NCBI RefSeq assembly: GCF_035538455.1
Contig: NZ_DATLKJ010000155.1
Location: 12,766-76,765, forward strand
Reading direction: 5' to 3'
DNA length: 64,000 bases
Source of the DNA: Chitinophaga sp.
GTDB lineage: Bacteria; Bacteroidota; Bacteroidia; Chitinophagales; Chitinophagaceae
In this document: one piece after another, positions 55,534 through 64,000 of the stretch
Layout of the letters: every line of letters starts with the position of its first letter
Numbering within the stretch: the first letter of the stretch is position 1
Notes under the pieces: generated by a model
Seen by the model: the letters and a program-made list of their open reading frames with translations, nothing else
The model's database searches: none
What the model was told of the DNA's origin: nothing
Program-made: the position numbers and the translations under genes

Positions 55534-56550
55534 TTATTTGCTGATCAGTTCTGCGAAGTACTTAACTGTACGAACCAGCTGAGATACGTAGCTCATTTCG
55601 TTATCGTACCAGGAAACGGTTTTCACCATTTGCAGATCACCGGCAGAAACTACTTTTGTCTGTGTAGCGTCGAACAGTGAGCCGAAGTGCATACCGATAA
55701 CATCGGAGCTTACAATTTCATCTTCAGTGTAGCCGAAAGACTCGTTGGAAGCGGCTTTCATTGCTGCATTGATTTCCTCAACGGTTACTTTTTTATTGAG
55801 TACGGTGTTCAGTTCAGTCAGTGAACCAGTGATGGTTGGTACACGCTGAGCGCCACCGTCCAGTTTACCTTTCAGTTCAGGGAGTACCAGGCCGATTGCT
55901 TTAGCGGCGCCGGTGCTGTTAGGAACGATGTTGGCAGCAGCAGCACGAGCGCGACGCAGATCACCTTTTGCATGAGGTGCATCCAGTGTGTTCTGGTCGT
56001 TAGTGTAAGCGTGTACAGTTGTCATCAGACCTGCAGCGATGCCGAATTTATCGTTGAGCACCTGAGCCATTGGAGCCAGGCAGTTGGTCGTGCAGGAAGC
56101 GCAGGAGATGATCGTTTCGCTGCCATCCAATATTTCATGGTTAACGTTGAAAACGATAGTTTTGAGATCGCCTGTAGCGGGAGCGGAGATTACTACTCTT
56201 TTGGCGCCTGCTTTAATGTGAGCTTCAGCTTTATCTTTGTCAGCAAAGAAGCCGGTGCTCTCGATTACCACATCAATACCGTGTTCTTTCCAGGGAATCT
56301 GAGACGGATCTTTCTGTGCATATATCTTCACATCTTCACCGTTCACGTTGATTGCGTTTTCAGAATGTTTAACATCTGCATCAAACCTACCCTGCGCTGA
56401 ATCATATTTCAGCAAATGCGCCAGCACTTTCGGACTGGTGAGGTCATTGATAGCTACCACATCAATGCCGGGCATTTTGTAAATCTGGCGGTATACCAAA
56501 CGGCCAATACGACCGAAACCATTAATACCAATTTTGAGAGTAGTTCCCAT
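55534..56550 (-). CDS. gap: type I glyceraldehyde-3-phosphate dehydrogenase
   Basis: Start set to the ATG at 56550 ([17 protein letters not shown]). Active site [10 protein letters not shown]. Confidence 0.95.
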   Translation of the reverse strand: MGTTLKIGINGFGRIGRLVYRQIYKMPGIDVVAINDLTSPKVLAHLLKYDSAQGRFDADVKHSENAINVNGEDVKIYAQKDPSQIPWKEHGIDVVIESTGFFADKDKAEAHIKAGAKRVVISAPATGDLKTIVFNVNHEILDGSETIISCASCTTNCLAPMAQVLNDKFGIAAGLMTTVHAYTNDQNTLDAPHAKGDLRRARAAAANIVPNSTGAAKAIGLVLPELKGKLDGGAQRVPTITGSLTELNTVLNKKVTVEEINAAMKAASNESFGYTEDEIVSSDVIGMHFGSLFDATQTKVVSAGDLQMVKTVSWYDNEMSYVSQLVRTVKYFAELISK

Positions 56551-56665
56551 TTTACATCGTGATTTGAGTATGAAAAAATCGAAGGCGAATTTACAATCAA
56601 TACCTAGTAAAGTCAATATAAATTTAGGTTATCGAAATTTTTTTTGGAAATATCGAAAAAGAACA

Positions 56666-56673
56666 TACTTTTG
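56666..56673 (+). promoter_or_regulatory. Bacteroidota -7 promoter box (TACTTTTG) upstream of tRNA-Glu copy 1
   Basis: Exact TAnnTTTG match ending 19 nt before the tRNA 5' end. The context tttgcaatccca is shared with copy 2. Confidence 0.5.
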
Positions 56674-56692
56674 CAATCCCAAAACGATATAT

Positions 56693-56764
56693 GCCGCGTT
56701 GGTCAAGGGGTTAAGACGCCTCCCTTTCACGGAGGAATCACGGGTTCGATTCCCGTACGTGGTA
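56693..56764 (+). tRNA. tRNA-Glu (anticodon UUC), copy 1
   Basis: Hand fold: anticodon stem CCTCC/GGAGG with loop CTTTCAC, T-arm ACGGG-TTCGATT-CCCGT, acceptor GCCGCGT/ACGTGGT (two G.U pairs). 72 nt, identical to 63545-63616. Confidence 0.9.
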
Positions 56765-56770
56765 CGAAGA

Positions 56771-56803
56771 AAAGCCTGATAATCACTATCAGGCTTTTTT
56801 ATT
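56771..56803 (+). terminator. rho-independent terminator after tRNA-Glu copy 1
   Basis: aaagcctgata-atcac-tatcaggcttt followed by a T-tract. Confidence 0.65.
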
Positions 56804-56843
56804 TGGTACCCCGGCTGGAGGCCCTTATTTGCTCCGTTTTCCA

Positions 56844-57098
56844 CTAATGTGGAAGTTTATCCCTAAACCTGCCATATACCCAAGTGCCTGCGAGAGCACT
56901 GAGCAACACAACCATCACCACCGTAGCGCCCATCCCTACCTGGGCGAACAACGGACCCGGGCATGCTCCGGTAAGGCCCCAGCCCAGGCCGAATATCAAT
57001 CCGCCGTAGATCTGCCCCTTGTTGAATTTTTTGGGTCTGAAAGTAATTGGTTCACCATATATGGTTTTTATGTTAAACTTCCTGATCAGCCTAAACAT
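56844..57098 (-). pseudogene. 5'-truncated YeeE/YedE-related (DUF6691-like) sulfur-transporter-family gene remnant
   Basis: The 84-aa ORF matches only the C-terminal half of the ~140-aa family as I remember it (IYGGLIFGLGWGLTGACPGPLF...GTWVYG..DKLPH). The two N-terminal TM helices are missing. Confidence 0.5.
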
Positions 57099-57871
57099 AT
57101 CAACTTAATATAAACTTTTAAGTATAAAAACGATGCAGAAATCACCTAGTACTGGAATGTAAATATGCATTTAGCTATCTTTTTCTTGGAGAAGTAAAAG
57201 AAAAAAATTAATATTTCGGGCTTTCTAGGTATTGACGTTTAATTCCAATTTCAAATACTAGTTTTGAGTTTAGTAAAATTTCATCACCGTCTTTGAAATG
57301 GTTTAATGCCTTATAAAACTCAATAATATAAAATGAACCATTGTCTGTGGGGAAAACATACGTTTCACTATATTCAGTCCTGAACCCTGGAGCATAAGGA
57401 TAAGGCATATACTCGAGTGTATTAGAATTATTTGGTAGGGGCGTTAGAGTTTGTAGAATTGGCTCTAACTTTTTTTAATTGGTCAATGACACCAGAATGA
57501 ATAATGCGACCTTCAATGTCTTTCATTCGTCTTTCTCTATCATCAAAGGCTGTTCTTACCTTTGTATTAAAGGACTTATCAACAACTGAAACTTTTTTAT
57601 TTATAATCTTTTTCATACCCTTTAAAGGTGGCGATTTTTAGTTAATTGACAATAGGCCTGATTGACAGATTTAAGGTCCTTAAAATAATGAATTGCGATT
57701 AGCTCCGGTATATATTTTAGTTAATTTCATGTTTATAAATGAGTAGATGAGTGATTTTTACCTTTTTTGACAAGGTATATAGCTTGATAGTAGTAATTAT
57801 CTACTCCTTTTTTTGCTAATGAAGAAGTTAATCCCCTAAAAGTTTGCCAAATATCCAAGGTGAAAGCAATG

Positions 57872-57932
57872 ACACTGAATAACACAACAATCACCACCGT
57901 AACCCCATCCCTATTGAGGGTGAACAATGGAC
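57872..57932 (-). pseudogene. degenerate second copy of the same YeeE/DUF6691 C-terminal segment
   Basis: 61 nt align with 56896-56956, roughly four-fifths identical by eye with two 1-nt indels. The encoded FTLNRDGVTVVIVVLFSVIA parallels FAQVGMGATVVMVVLLSALA. Confidence 0.35.
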
Positions 57933-58286
57933 TTCCCCTTCAAATACATCAGATTTAGTTCGAATGTCAAGTTTAAGAACTTTTCCCCGCGAGCGTCACT
58001 GCAACATCATAGACTTCCTTAGGAACGACCATTATTCACAGATAAGAAACATTTTTTTTCATAGTACCTATTCCCTATATGGCGATCATTAGACCCTTCA
58101 TGGTGCCGGAATTATGGTGATAAATGGTGTTGCGTACTATGATTTTCATGTAATTGATTTTTTCAGTGATTTTCGAGAAAACGCAGATTAGTCATTTTAT
58201 TAAAACATAGAAACTATTAATAGATTATTTTTTATAAGTATTTATATTCTTATTCAGAATAATTGCTTATTACAAGTATCCGATTC

Positions 58287-58332
58287 TGTTCATTTTATTC
58301 ATTAGCTCCCCCTTGTTCATTTTATTCATTAG
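58287..58332 (+). repeat. two copies of a 19-bp direct repeat (tgttcattttattcattag), 27-bp period, upstream of the surface-protein operon
   Basis: Copies lie at 58287-58305 and 58314-58332. The second ends about 78 nt before the ATG at 58410. Confidence 0.6.
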
Positions 58333-58409
58333 TGAGCCGGTAAAGCAGTTCAGCCGGTTATTATCCTACATTTAAGTTGATGTGACCAAGCAACGACCGA
58401 AATATCCTT

Positions 58410-59846
58410 ATGCGATTCCTACTGTGTAACCCAACATATCCCTTCATAAAAAAGCGCCGCTTACCAAGCGGGCCTCACGGGAGTTGCACACAGATATTGT
58501 TCTTCTTTTTTGTATTGTTTTTTCCTTTTTATATCCAGGCGCAGACAGGATGCCCTCAGCCACAAATCCGTGTGTATGCTACACAACAACGGTGGGATGG
58601 GTTTCTGGGCAGTGTTGCAGATGAAAAGAACGCTGCTGACGCCAACCCCGCAACTGCTTCGACGTTTAATTTACTGGGGTTGCTTGGCCTGGGAAGTGTC
58701 AGGCAGTACCTCAGCTTCAGTGCTCCAGTGCCTGCCGGCACCACCATGTTTGTAAAGCTGACTTACCCTTCCAGCCTGTTTGGTGTTGGCAACACGGTGA
58801 AGGTGCAGCCTTTTGTGCGTAAGAATGGTACGGAAACCGCAACAGGGCCTGCCATTACAGTGGGTAACCTGATATCGCTGCTGAACGGGGCCGGAGATCT
58901 GGAAGTCAGCGTGGTTGCCAGAGATGCTTCTAATAATCCGGTAGCCTGTGATGGCGTATGGATAGATTTCAACAGCACGCTTGGTCTTGCGTTGAAAATG
59001 CAGGTCTATGACGCTTATTATTTAAAGGACGCTACTCCTCCCACCGGATGTAATGTGCCCGTTGATGTATTTTCAGGTGTGAGGGCTGGCGCTTTGGCAC
59101 TGGCTAACGCGTTGGGTTGGGTAACAGATCCGTGGAAAGCTATAGACAATGACTCTGATACCAGTACTTATGCACAACTTAACACAGGTGCCCAGATATT
59201 GAGTGAAGTGTTTGAGACCATTCTTTTCAATACAGCATCGCGGCCCGGCGATTCACTGTACATCGTGATGCAGAACTCTGTGGGTGGATTGCTGAATCTC
59301 GGGTTGCTCTCCGGATTCCAGGTGCAGCCATATCTGGGGACAGTAGCGGCTGGTCCTCCTATTACCACTCAGTCGTCAGTGCTCAACCTGCGTTTACTCA
59401 GCGGGCCTGGTAACAAATACGTGTTGGTTGTACGCATTCCTGCTTCATTTGACCGCGTTGATTTCCAGATGGGCGGACTTGTGGATGCCCTTTCATCACT
59501 ACGCATTTATGATGTAAGTGTGAAAGGCCCGCGTCCCAAGCCGGTACTCACGATCAACGGGCTTACCGGCACCGGCCCCATCTGCATCAATGACGCCGGG
59601 AAATTAAAACTCTCGCTGACACCTGATCCTTGTACTGTATACAAGTGGTACGATGCAGATAAGACAACACTGCTGGCTACCGGATCTTCTTTCAGTCCTG
59701 TGATCACAAAAGAAGGGACATATACCTGGTATGTAGAAGCTGTGCGCAACAGCTGCAACGGGGATGTCAGGAATCGTGTGCCCGTTACCGTTATTGTGCT
59801 GCCCAAACCCGGAATACCCCTACTCACTATTCAACTAAACCCTTGA
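58410..59846 (+). CDS. secreted surface-protein candidate: two related ~150-aa beta-rich modules plus a C-terminal Ig-like domain
   Basis: Signal peptide (FYIQAQ). Internal duplication, each copy ending ..V(K/Q)VQP(F/Y). Ig-like domain with a YKWY motif. C-terminus is LPKPGIPLLTIQLNP. Confidence 0.65.
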   Translation: MRFLLCNPTYPFIKKRRLPSGPHGSCTQILFFFFVLFFPFYIQAQTGCPQPQIRVYATQQRWDGFLGSVADEKNAADANPATASTFNLLGLLGLGSVRQYLSFSAPVPAGTTMFVKLTYPSSLFGVGNTVKVQPFVRKNGTETATGPAITVGNLISLLNGAGDLEVSVVARDASNNPVACDGVWIDFNSTLGLALKMQVYDAYYLKDATPPTGCNVPVDVFSGVRAGALALANALGWVTDPWKAIDNDSDTSTYAQLNTGAQILSEVFETILFNTASRPGDSLYIVMQNSVGGLLNLGLLSGFQVQPYLGTVAAGPPITTQSSVLNLRLLSGPGNKYVLVVRIPASFDRVDFQMGGLVDALSSLRIYDVSVKGPRPKPVLTINGLTGTGPICINDAGKLKLSLTPDPCTVYKWYDADKTTLLATGSSFSPVITKEGTYTWYVEAVRNSCNGDVRNRVPVTVIVLPKPGIPLLTIQLNP

Positions 59847-59849
59847 TAT

Positions 59850-60770
59850 ATGAAAATAACCACTTCTGCTATGTACCAAAATGCTGTAAATGCGCCTGAA
59901 AGAAAGGTGCTCCTGCCTATTATTATTAAATGGATACTGGCGTTGCTATGTATATGCTTCACCATGTATGTAAACGCCCAGACCACGCCGGTGAAGACAC
60001 CCGCAGATCTTTCCAATGCAAATGACCCAACGAAAGGAACGTCTACCAATGATGGCTCTGCACTGTTCTGTGCAAAAGCTGCCAGCTTCACGCTTTCAGC
60101 CAGCAAAACCGATCCCGCCAATGCTGCTATTGCCTATAAAAAATGGGAATGGAAGGAAGTGGATCCGAGTGGTAGTCCTGCGGCCCTTGATGCAACAGCC
60201 GCCGCCGCCGCTGAAAAGCTGACTGTGACCAATGCCGTGCCCGGGTGGCACACCTACGTGGTGACAGCTTCTGCAGGAGATGCGGCGTGTCCGGCTGACC
60301 CTGTATACTTCACTGTATTTGTATTGCCTGACTTAAAGGCGAAGGCCAGCATTGACGCTACTGTGCCAAGTCTTACCTATTGCGCTGCCAATGGTGCGCC
60401 TACAGATCCGGCGAAGGCCATCATTATGAAAGGCGCTGTGGAATTTGACGGGACACTGAGAAGCATAGCAGGTCTGCCCACACTTGCTGTATCGGACTTT
60501 GAGTTTAAATATACCTGGTACAGAATAGATCAGAGCAACAACCGCAGTAGTGTATACACTGGCACCACCGCGAATTATACTGATACTGATCCTGCGAACA
60601 CCAGTGCTACTACAGAACAGAAATATTCATATGAACTGGAAGTAGTGTATTCCGTAGTGCCCAAGAAAGGCGCCTGTGATGCTGTGAAGGCCGGCGTTAC
60701 TTACAACAGCAGCCCGGCTGTTATCACTGTTACACCTAAACCTGGAAAACCAACTATTACCATTCAGTAA
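59850..60770 (+). CDS. secreted Ig-like repeat protein
   Basis: Hydrophobic signal-like N-terminus ([16 protein letters not shown]). Ig-like domains with WEWK / YTWY motifs. C-terminus is [13 protein letters not shown]. Confidence 0.65.
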   Translation: MKITTSAMYQNAVNAPERKVLLPIIIKWILALLCICFTMYVNAQTTPVKTPADLSNANDPTKGTSTNDGSALFCAKAASFTLSASKTDPANAAIAYKKWEWKEVDPSGSPAALDATAAAAAEKLTVTNAVPGWHTYVVTASAGDAACPADPVYFTVFVLPDLKAKASIDATVPSLTYCAANGAPTDPAKAIIMKGAVEFDGTLRSIAGLPTLAVSDFEFKYTWYRIDQSNNRSSVYTGTTANYTDTDPANTSATTEQKYSYELEVVYSVVPKKGACDAVKAGVTYNSSPAVITVTPKPGKPTITIQ

Positions 60771-60789
60771 AACAGTTGCATCAGGTAAT

Positions 60790-61713
60790 ATGCTGAAGAG
60801 AATATTCATATTCATGATATGCCTGTGCTTGCGGAAGGCGGTTGTCGTTGCGCAGGTCAGGTATATCATGCAGGGGCAGCAGGTGAAACTTGTTGCCAGC
60901 CCGGCCAATGCCCCGCGGTATCAGTGGTACCGCGACGGACAGCCATTGCCAGGTGCTGCTGTATATGAATATCTCACCGGTGTGCCGGGAATATACAAGG
61001 TGGAGGTATATAACCAGGAAGGGTGTGTATCTGAATTGTCTGATCCTGTGACCCTGGCTTTAATAGCTGGTGATGCGGAAGCGGATATGCAGATCCGCAA
61101 AACGGCTGACAATAAACCAATGCTGGTCAACAATACGCTGAACTATTACCTGACCGTTACTAACAATGGTCCTTCTATCGCCACCGGGGTTACCATTACG
61201 GATAAGCTGCCGTCTAAAATGAAGATGGAACAGCTGGGCATCCCTTCTTCCGGCAATACTTATTATAACGTTAACGATCATACGATTTTGTGGAAGATTG
61301 ACGAGTTGCAGGCGCGTATGACCGCGACGCTCACCATCAGCGTGAAAGCATCTGAAACAGGCCCGGTGATAAATACCGCGCAGGTATCTGCCAATGAGAA
61401 AGATAATAATCTTCAGAACAACCAGCGCTCACACCGGCTGGAAGTATTGTCGCTGCACATTCCCAACGCCTTCACACCAAATGGCGATGGAACGAATGAT
61501 GTATTTGTGATTACCGGTCTTGAGCGTTACGGGCAGAATGAGCTGACAATATTGAACCGCTGGGGCAATCATGTATTTGAGCAAAAGAGCTATTCGCAGA
61601 ACTGGGACGGCAAAGGACTTAATGACGGCACTTACTTTTACCTGCTGCGCGTAATGGATAGAAATGGCCAGTGGCTTGAATTTAAAGGATATATCACTTT
61701 ACTGCGTCCATAA
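60790..61713 (+). CDS. T9SS type-B cargo: Ig-like domain plus DUF11 repeat plus gliding-motility-associated C-terminal (type B sorting) domain
   Basis: Ig-like domain with YQWYRDG, DUF11-like [25 protein letters not shown], and C-terminal [18 protein letters not shown]...GTYFYLL...GYITLLR. Confidence 0.8.
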   Translation: MLKRIFIFMICLCLRKAVVVAQVRYIMQGQQVKLVASPANAPRYQWYRDGQPLPGAAVYEYLTGVPGIYKVEVYNQEGCVSELSDPVTLALIAGDAEADMQIRKTADNKPMLVNNTLNYYLTVTNNGPSIATGVTITDKLPSKMKMEQLGIPSSGNTYYNVNDHTILWKIDELQARMTATLTISVKASETGPVINTAQVSANEKDNNLQNNQRSHRLEVLSLHIPNAFTPNGDGTNDVFVITGLERYGQNELTILNRWGNHVFEQKSYSQNWDGKGLNDGTYFYLLRVMDRNGQWLEFKGYITLLRP

Positions 61714-61722
61714 TGATGTGTC

Positions 61723-62718
61723 ATGAACAAGCAAATTTTTATACTACTGGGTTGCCTGTTTTGTCTGTTACAGAATGTACAGGCGCAACAGGATGCACAG
61801 TTTTCACAGTATATTTTCAACGGTATCTATATCAATCCCGCGTATGCCGGTTACCGGCAGGAGTGGAATGCGCATGCCTTTTACAGGAACCAATGGGTAG
61901 GTGTGCCTGGCGCACCCCAGACGATGTCGCTGGCCGTGGATGGCAGCCTGAATGATGACAGGGTAGGGGTTGCCCTGCAGGTTTCCCACGATAGAATAGG
62001 TGCTCAGAGCCAGTTTGCAGCATATGGTAATTATGCTTACCGGATTCCGCTGGGAGGAGAAACGGGGCGGCTTGCTTTTGGGATAGGCGTTGGCGTTATA
62101 CAGCTGGGGTTGAATACCGATCGTCTTGATTTCACCAATCCCAATGAGCCTAATCTCAGTGGGGCGCAGCAGCACGCGCTACTGTTTGATATGCGGGCGG
62201 GCGTTTATTATTCTACAGAAAATTATTTTATAGGCTTTTCTGTCGATAATATTACGGCCCAGTACCAGGCGAAGAATAAGCCATTGACCCACTTTATACC
62301 TGTACCGAGGCCACATTATTATCTTACCGGCGGCGCTATGTTGCGTTTGAGCGAAGATGTATATCTCAAGCCCACCTTTTTATTAAAGGATGATATGGGC
62401 GGGCCTACCAATATTGACCTGAATGCATTTGTGCTGTTGAAAGAGCTGTTGTGGATTGGAGCCGGTTACCGTACTGCCGTTTCTCTTTATAACAAACCTG
62501 ATCTTCAGCCGGGATTGCGTAAATCCAGTGCCTTGATTGGTATGGCTGAGTTTTTTGTATTGCCTGAGCTGCGGGTAGGGTATGCCTATGATTATGCACT
62601 CAATGGCTACCGTTCCTATAACAACGGTACGCATGAAATTTCTGTGGGCTATTACTTCGGGAGGCCGAACGATAAGAAGCGGGTATCCCTGAGGCAGGTG
62701 CGGTGTGCTTATTTTTAA
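61723..62718 (+). CDS. PorP/SprF-family type IX secretion system outer-membrane protein
   Basis: AQQDAQFSQYIFNGIYINPAYAG is the family N-terminus, and the length (331 aa) fits a beta-barrel. It lies immediately downstream of the type-B cargo gene. Confidence 0.8.
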   Translation: MNKQIFILLGCLFCLLQNVQAQQDAQFSQYIFNGIYINPAYAGYRQEWNAHAFYRNQWVGVPGAPQTMSLAVDGSLNDDRVGVALQVSHDRIGAQSQFAAYGNYAYRIPLGGETGRLAFGIGVGVIQLGLNTDRLDFTNPNEPNLSGAQQHALLFDMRAGVYYSTENYFIGFSVDNITAQYQAKNKPLTHFIPVPRPHYYLTGGAMLRLSEDVYLKPTFLLKDDMGGPTNIDLNAFVLLKELLWIGAGYRTAVSLYNKPDLQPGLRKSSALIGMAEFFVLPELRVGYAYDYALNGYRSYNNGTHEISVGYYFGRPNDKKRVSLRQVRCAYF

Positions 62719-62776
62719 CTGCCTGTTTTGTAGGGGGAAATCCTTACTTTTAGTATCAGCAGTTTTCGTGTATACA

Positions 62777-63454
62777 ATGAAACATAAAAAGGCCGTCGGC
62801 ATTATTCTTCATCTTCATCCTTTGCAGCGCGTGCTGGTGAGCCTGGGGCTTACTTTGGCCGTATTCCTTTGTTTGCTGGCCTCCGGTGTTACTTTCAGTC
62901 TGCTGGTATACTATATGTTGCTATGGGATGTATTTGCCCTTTCCTATATTGTTACGGGATGGATGGTGTTTTTTAAACGGACCGTGACAGAGATCAGGGA
63001 ATGGGCGAGAATAGATGATGGTAGCAGGATTTATGTATCAGCTATTGTTTTATTATCGTCTTTTGTCAGCCTGGTGATGGTGTTGCAATTGTTGTTATCT
63101 AATGAGCGTATCACCAACATGTATCTGACGGTAGCTATTGCGGGCATATTGTTATCCTGGGCGATGGTGCATACCACTTTCTGCTTTCACTACGCCAACC
63201 TGTATTATGATGATGATAAAATAGACAACACCCGTCATGCTGCCGGGCTGGAATTCCCGAAGGAAAAGTGGCCGGATTACCTGGATTTCGCTTATTTTTC
63301 ATTTGTGATAGGGATGACCTTTCAGGTGTCTGATGTGCAGATTGATTCGCGCCTGATCCGGCGTACCGCCCTTGTTCATGGGCTGATATCGTTCGTACTC
63401 AACACCTTTGTAGTGGCGTTAACTATTAATCTGATAGCGTCGTTGAGGAAATAA
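62777..63454 (+). CDS. DUF1345-family membrane protein
   Basis: Start set to the ATG at 62777. HTTFCFHYANLYY and DYLDFAYFSFVIGMTFQVSDV segments match DUF1345 as I remember it. Confidence 0.7.
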   Translation: MKHKKAVGIILHLHPLQRVLVSLGLTLAVFLCLLASGVTFSLLVYYMLLWDVFALSYIVTGWMVFFKRTVTEIREWARIDDGSRIYVSAIVLLSSFVSLVMVLQLLLSNERITNMYLTVAIAGILLSWAMVHTTFCFHYANLYYDDDKIDNTRHAAGLEFPKEKWPDYLDFAYFSFVIGMTFQVSDVQIDSRLIRRTALVHGLISFVLNTFVVALTINLIASLRK

Positions 63455-63519
63455 AGTTTTCAGGTTAAATATTTTTTTAAATACTTTCTGAAAAAATTTT
63501 GTGATGTAAATCATTTTGT

Positions 63520-63527
63520 TATCTTTG
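63520..63527 (+). promoter_or_regulatory. Bacteroidota -7 promoter box (TATCTTTG) upstream of tRNA-Glu copy 2
   Basis: Exact TAnnTTTG match ending 17 nt before the tRNA 5' end. Confidence 0.5.
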
Positions 63528-63544
63528 CAATCCCAATCGAAAAT

Positions 63545-63616
63545 GCCGCGTTGGTCAAGGGGTTAAGACGCCTCCCTTTCACGGAGGAATCACGGGTTCG
63601 ATTCCCGTACGTGGTA
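63545..63616 (+). tRNA. tRNA-Glu (anticodon UUC), copy 2
   Basis: 72 nt, identical to 56693-56764. Confidence 0.9.
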
Positions 63617-63632
63617 CAAGAAGAAACAAAAA

Positions 63633-63660
63633 AGCTCATGAATATTCATGGGCTTTTTTA
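63633..63660 (+). terminator. rho-independent terminator after tRNA-Glu copy 2
   Basis: agctcatgaat/attcatgggct hairpin followed by tttttta. Confidence 0.6.
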
Positions 63661-63772
63661 TTTTTGATATCCCTCACAATGCTGTTACAGGCAGGTACCG
63701 ATTATCCACATATATTAGCAGCACTAAGGCAGATTTAGTATTTTTATCCAGTATCGGAATTTATAGACCGCA

Positions 63773-64000
63773 ATGACCCAAAAATATGTCAGGGCAAATA
63801 GCGCAATGGGAGGTGTAGCCAGGTATATCGCCTGCCTTCTTTGTGTATTGCTGTGTATTACCACCACAGCGCAGCAACAGGGCAACGTTTCTCTGAACTT
63901 CCGGCACCTGGATATTAGCAACGGTCTGGCCAGCAATCACGTATCTGCTATTATGCAGGATCGCCACGGTTTTATCTGGATCGCCAGCACGGCCCTTCAG
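63773..64000 (+). CDS. N-terminal fragment of a sensor protein with a two-component-regulator propeller domain (runs off the window)
   Basis: My own translation gives MTQKYVRANSAMGGVARYIACLLCVLLCITTTAQQQGNVSLNFRHLDISNGLASNHVSAIMQDRHGFIWIASTALQ. This is a signal peptide followed by the L..GLS.N.V..I.QD..GF.WI propeller repeat. Confidence 0.6.
   Translation, partial: MTQKYVRANSAMGGVARYIACLLCVLLCITTTAQQQGNVSLNFRHLDISNGLASNHVSAIMQDRHGFIWIASTALQ

Noticed and set aside
56534-56847. ORFs 56534..56779, 56629..56844 and 56644..56847 in the ORF track
   Set aside because: They overlap the tRNA-Glu gene, its promoter and its terminator, so they are artefacts of six-frame translation.
59844-59849. In-frame TGA between the two surface-protein ORFs as selenocysteine recoding or a sequencing artefact that hides one giant gene
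   Set aside because: ORF2 has its own ATG followed by a hydrophobic signal-like segment. No SECIS-like hairpin is evident right after the TGA. ORF3 is in a different frame. Separate genes are the simpler reading. The observation is kept as a low-key note in the findings.

Overview
This 64 kb window looks like a Bacteroidota chromosome, probably Chitinophagaceae-like. Supporting evidence is a PorX-type regulator, T9SS type-B cargo next to a PorP/SprF gene, a short 290-aa primary sigma factor, an lpxD-lpxC arrangement, and TAnnTTTG -7 promoter boxes upstream of several genes and both tRNA-Glu copies. The housekeeping backbone is lpxC(partial)-lpxD, tig-clpP-clpX, rpoD, ffh-rpsP-rimM-trmD-rplS, tatA, gatA, pgk, gap, SOD, and a putative lipid A remodelling trio of ArnT-like GT, PAP2 and LptF/G. 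There are four tRNAs: Leu-UAG, Ala-GGC and two identical Glu-UUC. Two-component proteins are unusually dense, at about 11. The parts most worth a second look are: (1) a tight five-gene operon joining an E1/ThiF-like adenylyltransferase and an unassignable 242-aa protein to a 7TM-DISM kinase phosphorelay; (2) a hybrid kinase-CheR-CheB-REC/kinase locus with no MCP, CheA or CheW, where the kinase carries an EEL-rich coiled coil; (3) a low-GC islet at tRNA-Ala with 45-bp att-like direct repeats, three small HTH genes and an apparently toxin-less HipB-like antitoxin; (4) an orphan class I terpene synthase; (5) a T9SS type-B surface-protein cluster whose first two ORFs end in the same peptide. No CRISPR array, transposase or integrase was seen. 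All family calls come from motif recognition by eye, and no database search was run.
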